Assembly (NCBI GenBank): GCA_963709025.1
Contig: CAVPVE010000022.1
Span: 3,509 to 67,508 of the forward strand
DNA length: 64,000 nucleotides
Reading direction: 5' to 3'
Source: an uncultured Acidobacteriaceae bacterium
GTDB lineage: Bacteria; Acidobacteriota; Terriglobia; Terriglobales; Acidobacteriaceae
In this document: piece after piece, positions 41,924 to 50,590 of the stretch
Numbering within the stretch: the first letter of the stretch is position 1
How the letters are laid out: every line of letters begins with the position of its first letter
Position numbers and translations under genes: made by a program
The notes under the pieces: model-generated
Database searches by the model: none
What the model was told of the DNA's origin: nothing
What the model saw: the letters and a program-made list of their open reading frames with translations, nothing else

Positions 41924-42905
41924 ATGAAATTCAAAGCAATGAATCCGCTCCGCGCAAAGATTCTTTCGGCGGTGCTTGCTATCGTCACGTGCTGCATTCT
42001 GCCAAGCGCACTGTTCGCGACTCCGCAAACAAAGGCCGCAACCACGGCGGAGCAACCACAACAGAAAAGATTCGACACCTCGCAGCAAGCCGCCGATGCC
42101 ATGATTCTGGCAGTTAAAAACGACGACGTGGCCGCCCTACAAGAAATCTTTGGCCCCGCGGGCAGAGATTTCGTCGCCTCGGGAGACGACGTGCAGAGAC
42201 AAGCAAACGCGTGCCTCTTTTGCTGCGCTGGCCGAGCAGAAAATGCACGTCGACACAGATCCTCATAACCCGGCCCGAGCAATTCTTTCGGTCGGCGACG
42301 AAGATTGGCCCTTGCCAGTTCCGATCGTCAAGCAGGGCGGGGAATGGCGTTTCGATTCGAAGGCTGGTCGCGCTGAGATCCTTGACCGGTACATCGGCTC
42401 CAACGAACTGGATGCCATCGCCATTTGCCGCGGCTTCGTGGAAGCCCAGAATGACTATGCGGAACAGATTCACGACGCCTCCGGAGTAAATCAATACGCC
42501 CAGCGAATCATAAGTACGTCCGGAAAGCAGGATGGCTTGGCCTGGCAAAACTCGGACGGCAGTTGGGGAGGTCCCGTCGGGGAGGCGGTCGCAAGAGCGC
42601 TTGAGGAAGGCTACGGAGACAAGGCAAAGCCCTTCCACGGTTATTACTTCAAAGTTCTGAAAGGGCAAGGACCTGCTGCGCCTCTCGGCCAAATCGACTA
42701 TGTCATCAAAGGAGCGATGATCGGTGGTTTTGCCCTGGTTGCAGTACCAGCCGAGTACCGCGTTACCGGCGTGATGACATTCATAGTCAGCTACAACGGA
42801 GTTGTCTACCAGAAGGACCTCGGACCCAGTTCCATTGAGATCGTCAAGAACATGGAGCGCTACAACCCGGATAAAACCTGGCATCGCACTGACGACGAGG
42901 AATAG
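41924..42905 (+). pseudogene. DUF2950 protein gene, one frameshift near 42195
   Basis: Track ORFs 41924-42268 and 42150-42905 together are colinear with the intact DUF2950 protein at 748-1725 (..FVASGDDVQ | DKQTRASFAALAEQKMHV..; FHGYYFKVLKGQG..GGFALVAVPAEYRVTGVMTFIVSYNGVVYQKDLG). Confidence 0.8.
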
Positions 42906-43003
42906 TGCCACGTTCCCACAAGCCCAAGGCTGCCGCTTGTTTGCCTAATGTCAGACACGCGCAGGACATGAAACGCAATCACATCGAAATAGGAGAGCAA
43001 ATC

Positions 43004-43639
43004 ATGAGGCACAGAAAAATTCAGATACTAAGCATTTCGCTATTGTTTCTGCTGAGCACCGGCTGCAAGAAATCGGATTCCGCCGCGGCTGCGGTCCCGA
43101 GTACACCAATAGCGAGCGCGCCTACTATGCCGCCACCTCCGTTTGATGCGGCGCAGAAGATCGGGATGTTTGCGTATCCCAAGAACAATCAGAGCAACGA
43201 TCAGCAACTCAGAGATGGGTACGACTGCTACAACACGGTTCAGCAGCAGACGGGAATAAACCCAGACACGCCGGCGCCGTCGGGTCCATCTGCAGCAGAA
43301 GTGCAGGCTGCCCAACAGCAAGCTGCCGCGAACGCGCCCGAAGCGCAAGGCGGACGAGTGCGGGGTGCAGCAAGAGGTGCAGCTGGTGGGGCAGCCCTCG
43401 GAGCAATCACCGGGAACGCCGGTCGCGGTGCAGCTGTCGGAGCGACAGTCGGCACGGTACGGGGCGGAAGAAAGCAGCGCGCGGCGAATGAACAGTCCCA
43501 GCAACAGGCGGCGCAATCCGCGGGTACACAGATGCAGCAGCAAGCCAATCAAGCCAAGGCGGCCTACAACCAGCAAATGGATACCTTCAAGCGAGGGTTT
43601 TCGGCTTGCATGGATGCGCGCGGATATTCGGTGAAATAG
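43004..43639 (+). CDS. Glycine-zipper lipoprotein
   Basis: AGGAGAG RBS. Lipobox LLSTGC. Gly-zipper GAARGAAGGAALGAITGNAGRGAAVGATVG. C-terminal FSACMDARGYSVK. Confidence 0.7.
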   Translation: MRHRKIQILSISLLFLLSTGCKKSDSAAAAVPSTPIASAPTMPPPPFDAAQKIGMFAYPKNNQSNDQQLRDGYDCYNTVQQQTGINPDTPAPSGPSAAEVQAAQQQAAANAPEAQGGRVRGAARGAAGGAALGAITGNAGRGAAVGATVGTVRGGRKQRAANEQSQQQAAQSAGTQMQQQANQAKAAYNQQMDTFKRGFSACMDARGYSVK

Positions 43640-43736
43640 ACAGTGCCACGTCGCCGATTGGTGTTGACAACCGCCAAGGGGACTAAGCGCCTCCGGTGAC
43701 AAGTCCGTAAAACAGGGCGCATGAGGTGCCCCAGTC

Positions 43737-44921
43737 ATGAATGAGACGAGAGCTTCCGCGGCCAACTGTTTCTCTATCACTCGCGGCGGCCCGCTGCACT
43801 GGTTGCTGGTTCGCATAGGCTTGGCCGGGGATGAACGCCGGCAAGTCATCCGCAGGACCGTCTTCGCCGTACTGGTTACGTGGCTTCCCCTGCTGGTTCT
43901 TTCCCTCATCCAAGGACAGGCCTATGGAAGCCAGACCACGATCCCCTTCCTGAAGGACGTGGCGGTCAACGTACGTTTCCTGATCGCAGTTCCAATTCTG
44001 ATTTTGGCCGAATTGGGGATTGATCAGAAATGGCGCACGCTGGTCCTTGAATTTCTAAGGTCCGGATTGGTAACTGAAAAAGAACTCCCTTCCTTCGAGG
44101 CGGTAGTCGAGAGAACCATCCGATTACGGGATCGCGTTCTTCCGGAAGTTTTGTTGCTCCTTGCCGCATTCTCACAGTCCATCCTGTTCAAGACAGAACT
44201 TCTGATGAGTGGTGTCTCTAACTGGCACACCATGGGTGCGGGATCGAACCAAGCGAGTCTGGCCGGTTGGTGGTTCAACCTGGTTAGCGCTCCGTTCTTC
44301 CGTTTTCTGTTGTACAGGTGGTTGTGGAGGATGTGTATTTGGACGTCTTTCCTGTGGCGCGTCTCGAGAATCAACCTGTATCTGGTCGCCACGCACGCTG
44401 ATTTGGCCGCTGGCCTCGACTTTCTTTCCCAGGGCCAGAAGGCGTTCAGCCCAATTGTGTTTGCCGGAGGGGCCGTCATTGCTGCGCAGGTGGGAAACGC
44501 AATCGCCCATCAAGGAGCGAGCCTCTCGTCGATGAAGTTCCCCATGATTGCCTATGGTGTCCTCGCGATCATCGTCCTCATTGTGCCTCTTCTCGCGGTT
44601 GCGCCTGTCTTGATCAACGTTCGAAAAAAAGCGCTGAGAGACTATGGAGCTTTGGTGACAATCCATAACCAGCTATTTGATCGGAAGTGGATTCAGAAAG
44701 AACAATCAGGGGACGCGGTGCTCTTGGGGAACCCCGACGCGTCGTCCTTGATCGACCTGGGAAGCAGCTTTGCTGTCATACAACAGATGCGGGTCGTGCC
44801 GATCGGTAAGCGAACTCTTATCGTTTTGGCAGTGGCAGCCGCGTTGCCCATGGTTGCAGTCGTTCTCTATGCCACTCCGGCCGATGAAATGGTCCGGACC
44901 GTCGTGAGAATGCTCGGTTAA
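43737..44921 (+). CDS. Polytopic membrane protein of unknown function (intact paralog of 32464-33688)
   Basis: 394-aa ORF with multiple TM segments. Colinear similarity to the decayed copy. Confidence 0.7.
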   Translation: MNETRASAANCFSITRGGPLHWLLVRIGLAGDERRQVIRRTVFAVLVTWLPLLVLSLIQGQAYGSQTTIPFLKDVAVNVRFLIAVPILILAELGIDQKWRTLVLEFLRSGLVTEKELPSFEAVVERTIRLRDRVLPEVLLLLAAFSQSILFKTELLMSGVSNWHTMGAGSNQASLAGWWFNLVSAPFFRFLLYRWLWRMCIWTSFLWRVSRINLYLVATHADLAAGLDFLSQGQKAFSPIVFAGGAVIAAQVGNAIAHQGASLSSMKFPMIAYGVLAIIVLIVPLLAVAPVLINVRKKALRDYGALVTIHNQLFDRKWIQKEQSGDAVLLGNPDASSLIDLGSSFAVIQQMRVVPIGKRTLIVLAVAAALPMVAVVLYATPADEMVRTVVRMLG

Positions 44922-45030
44922 CCATGATGGAACCACGGAGTTCGTCGAAATCGGTGAGTTCGAGAACACGACAAAATACGAACCCAAGGCTCGTCGATTG
45001 ACCGAACACGACTGTCTGTCTGACGGAAAG

Positions 45031-45968
45031 ATGCGGACTTTCTTAAAACTCGTCTTGGTGGCAGTGCTGGCGGTCTGTCGCCTGCAAGTTGTTCTCGCGC
45101 AGGATCTCGCGCCGCGCGCCTACGTCATCACGCCGCTCCATTCCAATGCAGTCACGCTAACCTGGTCCTTCTACAATGGCAGTATAAATTTCAACGGAGC
45201 GCTGCCATTCAGCGATGCGAAGGGGAAATACAGCGTCCCTATTTTTAGCTACTACCATTCCTTCGGCCTATTTGGACGCTCGGCAAACATTGTCGCCGCA
45301 GTTCCCTATGGCATAGGGAATTTCCAGGGTACGGCGCAGGGGGCGGAGCAGCACCTGTATCGCTCCGGTCTTGTAGATTCGGTCTATCGCCTTGCGGTTA
45401 ACCTTAAGGGTGGTCCGGCAATTCCACCACAGAAGTTCCTGAAATGGAAGCAGAAGGTCTTGCTGGGGGCCAGTCGGTGATCGCTCCTACCGGCCAGTAC
45501 GATCCGAGGAAGCTGATTAACTGGGGCACCAACCGCTGGTCCTTCAAACCGGAGTTTGGTTATTCCCAGCGCCGGGGCAACTGGGTTGTCGATGGGTACG
45601 CCGGAATGTGGTTCTTTACCACCAATCATGATTTCTGGTCGCGCAATTCCTATTTTCCGGGGACGAGGTCGCAATCGCAAAAGCCCATAGGAGCCTTTGA
45701 AGGGCACCTGAGTTACGACTTCAAACCTGGGTTCTGGGTCTCGCTGGACGGCAATTTCTGGGTCGGCGGAAGCACGAGCATAAACGGCGTGGAAAACTCG
45801 CTTACCCAACAGACGAACTCTCGTCTTGGAGCCACCGGCGCCATCCGAATCGCCAAACACCAGTCTCTAAAATTCGGCTATAGCAACGGCACCTACATTC
45901 GGTATGGCGGTAACTACCAGAACGTGTCCGTGGGGTGGCAGTATTCCTGGCTCGGCAGGCCTAACTAG
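45031..45968 (+). pseudogene. Outer-membrane transporter, MetA-pathway-of-phenol-degradation-like beta-barrel, one frameshift near 45470
   Basis: Signal peptide MRTFLKLVLVAVLAVCRLQVVLAQ plus the N-terminal half lie in one frame. VIAPTGQYDPRKLINWGTNRWSFKPEFGYS...GWQYSWLGRPN* lies in another. Confidence 0.7.
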
Positions 45969-46057
45969 CCGCCCTCATCTTGCGTTGAGACTTGTGGCTC
46001 CCGTGTAAGTCCGTAACGCGCCCCCGCCAGTACAGGATTCTCCATCGTATTGATTGT

Positions 46058-46714
46058 ATGACTCTCAAACAACATGTCGGCGCGTTTGCAATAACTATTC
46101 TGGTCGCAGTCCCCGCTCTGGCCCAGAAAGCACCGGACAATGTGTCCGCCGCTTCCTCGAATGCCACTGCGAATCCCTGGGAATTCTCACTCACCACCAG
46201 TGGCTTCATAGTGCCAACGGGCGAGTCCTATGTATCGCCGGACTTTTCAGCTGATCATGGCTGGCTGCACCTGGAGGCTCGTTACAACGACGAAGCTTTG
46301 AAGACGGGGTCACTGTGGGCAGGCTACAACTTCAACGTGGGGAAAAAGCTGGTCCTAAATGCCACCCCAATGGTCGGTGGCGTCTTCGGAAATCTGAACG
46401 GGATCGCCCCGGGCCGTGCACTCACACTCACGTACAAGCGAATTCAACTGTACGGCTCCGCTGAATATGTATTCGATCTTGAGAATCACAGCAACAATTT
46501 TTTCTACATTTGGGACCAAGTCACGTACTCGCCGTTGCGATGGTTGCAAGTGGGCTTGGTATCGCAAAGAACCCGGGTGTATCAAACCGGCCTCGATGTG
46601 CAGCGCGGCGTGCTGGCGGGCGTCAGCCACAAGAAAGTGAACTTCACAGCCAACGTCTTCAAGTTTGGGTGGACGACGCCAACCGAGGTTCTAGCGCTGG
46701 GTTTCAATTTTTGA
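46058..46714 (+). CDS. Probable outer-membrane beta-barrel protein
   Basis: Signal peptide MTLKQHVGAFAITILVAVPALAQ. Alternating beta pattern. C-terminal ...LALGFNF. Confidence 0.6.
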   Translation: MTLKQHVGAFAITILVAVPALAQKAPDNVSAASSNATANPWEFSLTTSGFIVPTGESYVSPDFSADHGWLHLEARYNDEALKTGSLWAGYNFNVGKKLVLNATPMVGGVFGNLNGIAPGRALTLTYKRIQLYGSAEYVFDLENHSNNFFYIWDQVTYSPLRWLQVGLVSQRTRVYQTGLDVQRGVLAGVSHKKVNFTANVFKFGWTTPTEVLALGFNF

Positions 46715-47163
46715 GGAGCCCTCAAGCAAAAGATCAGTTGTTCAAATCAGAGTGAATGGGCTCCGTCGAGGTGTGCCATAAGTGTGCCGTACGCTCCGAT
46801 CCCATATGCGCCAACTTGCTTCTTTCCAATACCAGACCAAATTGCTCCCGCGCGGGCTTGGTTTTGGGTAAGTGATTGACTCTTAAGGGTGCTAGAACGT
46901 GGAAGAGCCTTCCATACTGGCCTACTCTCAATCAATTGTCCTTCCGCGTCCCGAAGCTGCGGATTCAGCAAGCGTCGATACGTTGATCGAGAAGGGAATG
47001 CGTTCGACGCCGACGTCGTCGCTGGTGTCGAGAGCGCCGGTGCCGCAGACGGGAAGGACGTCCATACGCACGATGTGCCAGAGGATGACGTGCCCGGGGA
47101 GTATTTGGATAAAGAGTAGGCAAATTCAACTTCTGGTTATTCCACAGTGAAGCGCCGAATTCC

Positions 47164-47183
47164 TGTTACTATTTGTTACTATT
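47164..47183. repeat. Perfect tandem direct repeat, 10 bp x2 (tgttactatt)
   Basis: Read directly in non-coding DNA, 150 nt upstream of tRNA-like fragment A. Confidence 0.8.
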
Positions 47184-47216
47184 TTCGGTTATGATGATGC
47201 GTTTTTGGGCTGCTGT

Positions 47217-47246
47217 GGACTTCGTCGGACTTCGTTGAACTTCACA
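47217..47246. repeat. Tandem 10-bp repeats x3 (ggacttcgtc / ggacttcgtt / gaacttcaca)
   Basis: Read directly. Iteron-like, in non-coding DNA. Confidence 0.75.
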
Positions 47247-47332
47247 GCAGAATGTTTTTAAACCACTGCGATTGCAGGTGGATCGATCGATTTTTGCATT
47301 TTCAATGTGATTTTGGAATTTGCGGCAAGCAC

Positions 47333-47545
47333 AATCCCTCCCTCTCCGCCATGTAGTCTGAACTGCAGAGAATTCGTGCCTTCGTTTCTTTCGAAACTCG
47401 CGAATTCCGCCCATTTTTCGCGATTCCTGCTCGACAATCCGGACTGCAGAGAACGGACTTCCTTAGCGTCGGCCCTCATTAATCCGGCCTTTTCTCTGCA
47501 GGCACGATAAGCAGTCCGACTTCGACGATTTTGTTCGGCGAAGAC
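47333..47545 (+). repeat. Repeat copy A: tRNA-like 3' end (AATCCCTCCCTCTCCGCCA) plus about 190 nt of flank
   Basis: Aligns with copy B. Shared blocks include aactgcagagaa, tcgacaatccggactgcagagaacgg and gcagtccg. The motif ACTGCAGAGAA occurs at 47361-47372 and 47443-47453, and inverted at 47492-47501. Confidence 0.7.
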
Positions 47546-47745
47546 TTGGCGATCAGAAATCGAACTACTTACGAACCCGATTTGACTTCTTGCAGGGATC
47601 TCCGAATGCCGTGTCTGCTCCTGGATCGCGAGCATGTCAATCCCCTCATTCGCCTTGAACGGGGTTGCGCTACGGCTGCGCGCCGTGGATCGCGGCCCGA
47701 TCGCGCTCGGCCTATAATTGCAACGCTGGCAATTTGGAGCAAGCG

Positions 47746-49336
47746 ATGATGATGGCGGAGTCGCAGCCGCAAATGGCGGGTGGCACGGTAGAGAGCCGTG
47801 ACGAAAGGCACCTGTTTCCGATGCTAGGCGCGACCACGATTGTACTCCTGATTGCCGCGTGCAAGCTGGTGGGTGCATTTGTACGCGGGACACAGGTATG
47901 GTTACTTGGGTGACGAGCTGTACTTCCTGGCCTGCAGCCGTCATCTCGCTTGGGGCTACGTCGATCAGCCGCCGCTGATCGCGATGATTGCCTGGGCGGT
48001 GCGGAATACGCTGGGTCAGTCGCTGCTCGCGATTCGATTCTTGCCGGCGCTCGCGGGGGCGGTGGAGGTTGTGCTAACCGCGCTGATTGCGCGCGAACTC
48101 GGTGGGAGGCGCTTCGCGCAGGTACTTGCGGCGATTACCACGCTCACTGCGCCCGGCATTCTCGGGTCGGACAGCTTCTTCACGATGAATGCGTTCGAGC
48201 CACTGTTCTGGATGACCTGCGCGTATCTCGTGATTCGCATCATCCAAACCGGAAATGAGAGGCTGTGGATTTGGTTCGGCGTGGTCGCGGGCATCGGTCT
48301 CGAGAACAAGTACTCGATGATGATCTTCGGCGCTGGGATTGTCTTCGGATTACTGCTTACGAACCAACGAAAGCTGCTCGCGAATCCGTGGTTATGGATT
48401 GGCGGGGTGGTCGCGTTTGTGATTTTTGCGCCGAATCTCTGGTGGAATGTTCGGCACCACTTTCCATTTCTCGAATTGCAGGCCAACATTCGACGCAGCG
48501 GGCGGAACGTGCCGTTGGGCTTCTTCAGTTTCTTCGGTCAGGAAATTGGTGCGATGAACCCGTTGACCGCGCCCGTGTGGCTGGCAGGCCTGTGGTTTTT
48601 CTTGTTCGCGGAACAAGGGAAGAGATTTCGCGCGCTGGGCTGGGCCTGGGTGTTCACAGCGGGCGTGATCGTTACGATGAGTCCGCGCGTGTATTACCTC
48701 TTTCCCGCCTTTCCGCTCTTGTTTGCGGCCGGCAGCGTCCTGTGGGAAATGTGTCTCGAGGCGCGGCAGCGAAGGTGGGTGCGAGTGGCCTACCCGGCAC
48801 TGATGATCGCGGTGGGCGCGATTTCTGCGCCGCTGGCCACGCCGGTGCTGCCGGTGGAAACGTACATTCACTACACGCGCGCGTTGCACCTCTCGCCGCC
48901 TCCAAGTGAGACGCACAAGCTGGGCCCGTTGCCGCAGAATTATGCGAGCGAGTTTGGCTGGCCGGAAATGGTCGCGACGGTGGCGCGTGTTTACGACAGT
49001 TTGCCGCCGGGTGTTCGAGCGAAGACGGCGATCTTTGCCCCGAACTATGGCGTAGCCGGCGCGATCGATCTCTTCGGGCCGAAATTTGGATTGCCGTGGG
49101 CGATCAGCGGTCACCAAAGCTATTTCCTGTGGGGACCGCGCGATTACACCGGCGAAAGTATGATCTTCATGGATGATAGCCAAGAGCGCCTCGAGCAACT
49201 GTTTGTAAGCGTGCAGAAGGTCGCGAGCGTGTACCACCCATACTCGATGCCGTACGAGCATTTCGACGTGTTCTATTGCCGAGGGCTCAAGCAGCCGTTG
49301 AAGGAATTGTGGCCGCAGCTGAAGCACTGGGACTGA
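47746..49336 (+). pseudogene. Glycosyltransferase family 39 (ArnT/PMT-like), N-terminus shifted out of frame
   Basis: YGYLGDELYFLACSRHLAWGYVDQPPLIAMIAW... is typical of GT39. The first TM helix (MMMAESQ...LGATTIVLLIAACKLV) is in another frame, with the shift at the gtgggtg run near 47870. Alternatively the protein starts at the TTG at 47852 and lacks TM1. Confidence 0.65.
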
Positions 49337-49716
49337 AGAGCCCTCATCGGGAAGGCATCAAAGCGGCTCTGAGTTTTCGTCCGGCAAAGAGGTATGAGCA
49401 GAAATCTGTGCAAAACGCACGAAATCGCTCCTACAGTGGTCCAGCCCAATCGGAGAAGAGTTCGCTCGCCGTGACTGCTCGCTGAAGCGTGCAGTCACTG
49501 CGTGGGTATTTGCCGATGAAGAAAGGGCTCCGACAACTGACCACTTTCAGCCACACTATCGCCGGGAATTCGCCGTTTAGGATAGATGGAATAGCGAAAC
49601 GAAACCGCACTGATCAAGAAATCAAAGCGCGCGTTTTGGACAAAAAAATCTCTGCTGGAGTTTTGTTATCTGCAACTTACGGACACCTCGGGCTTTGGAG
49701 GCTTAAGACCTGTACC

Positions 49717-49935
49717 GAAGGTTCGAATCCCTCCCGCTCCGCCAGCAAGTCTTAACTGCAGAGAAATTGCGCCGCCTCTTACCCCGAAGTAGGCAAGACA
49801 GCCCAGTTTCGTGATCTTTGGTCGACAAATCGGACTGGAGAGAACGCACGACTCTGCGGTCAAATGGCTTCACCGTCCTGGCTTTCTCCGGGAAGGCGCA
49901 TCGGCAGTCCGGTTTGGATGGTTTCTCGCCGGCGA
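49717..49935 (+). repeat. Repeat copy B: tRNA-like T-arm + acceptor + GCCA (GAAGGTTCGAATCCCTCCCGCTCCGCCA) plus about 190 nt of flank
   Basis: Diverged direct repeat of copy A. Motif copies at 49754-49765 and 49834-49844. No foldable 5' half lies upstream, so this is not a functional tRNA. Confidence 0.7.
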
Positions 49936-50448
49936 ACGCAATGGGATCACAGACCCATCGATGTGGCAAGCGGGTTGACTTTTTCAACATCTCGGAAAGG
50001 CGTTCGGGCAATTCCCTGACCTCATCGCCGCGGCTCCAAATGGCTTCATTAGGCGCACCAAAGCAGGAGGTGAGGATGTTCTAGTCTTTCCTCGAAGCCG
50101 ACGAATTGCCCATTGGTGGACGAAAAGGAACTTCTGATCTTACAGGTCAGAGAAAAGGGGGGTCAAACGGGCTGGGGGGGGTGAGAACAACACGGGAGGG
50201 AATATGCACCCCCTGGACCTCGGGCACTCCCGGTTAGGCTGCCATCCGAGGAGCGGCGACTGGATTTGGTGACCGCCTCGTTGCTCAAAGGAGGTTCGGA
50301 TTTCGTAACAAACCGGCTCGATTTCAAGTTTTTCAATATCGCTTCGTAGTGACTAGCTTTCAAAGACGAAGGGGGCGGGATTCATTAGTGCTCTGGGGCA
50401 GAAGAAGAACGGGGTGCGTTACAAAAACCGAACACAATACCTTTTCTG

Positions 50449-50477
50449 TTGACATTTTGTAGTGGAGCACATAACGT
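50449..50477 (+). promoter_or_regulatory. Possible sigma70-like promoter upstream of the RHS gene
   Basis: TTGACA, 17 nt, TAACGT. The -10 element is weak. Confidence 0.25.
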
Positions 50478-50590
50478 GCTGCGAAAATTTTACGGCAGTC
50501 ATTTTCACCACTCGTCAGGAGACTCTTTACATGGAGCTGCAGGTTGTGTTTTCAACAGCTCTTGGCCTGTTGACGCACTCGGGGCAAGTC

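Noticed and set aside
46889-47119. 76-aa acidic ORF (..PEDDVPGEYLDKE*) as a gene remnant
   Set aside because: No recognisable family, no RBS, and it lies in a region full of repeats. There is insufficient evidence either way.
28443-47880. Explaining all the frameshifts as sequencing or assembly errors
   Set aside because: I did not fully exclude this, but it is unlikely as the sole cause. Flanking ORFs of 1000-1650 aa are clean. The lesions include abrupt truncations and nonsense codons as well as indels, and five genes inside the tract are intact. It still needs read-level verification.
47258-47944. 228-aa minus-strand ORF (and 102-aa ORF 49703-50011) as genes
   Set aside because: They run through the two diverged direct repeats. 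Their mutual similarity (..VRSLQS.LS..) simply mirrors the DNA repeat. They have no start context or motif.
49471-49498. 8-bp stem hairpin (gtgactgc..gcagtcac) as a terminator or att core
   Set aside because: It is not adjacent to a gene end, has no U-tract, and has no second copy in the window.
49657-49744. An 88-nt class II tRNA (Ser/Leu-like) ending at 49744
   Set aside because: The 5' candidate GGAGTTT pairs poorly with CCGCTCC. There is no D-arm consensus and no 5-bp anticodon stem with a 7-nt loop, and the T-stem has a mismatch. I treat it as a tRNA-derived 3' remnant.
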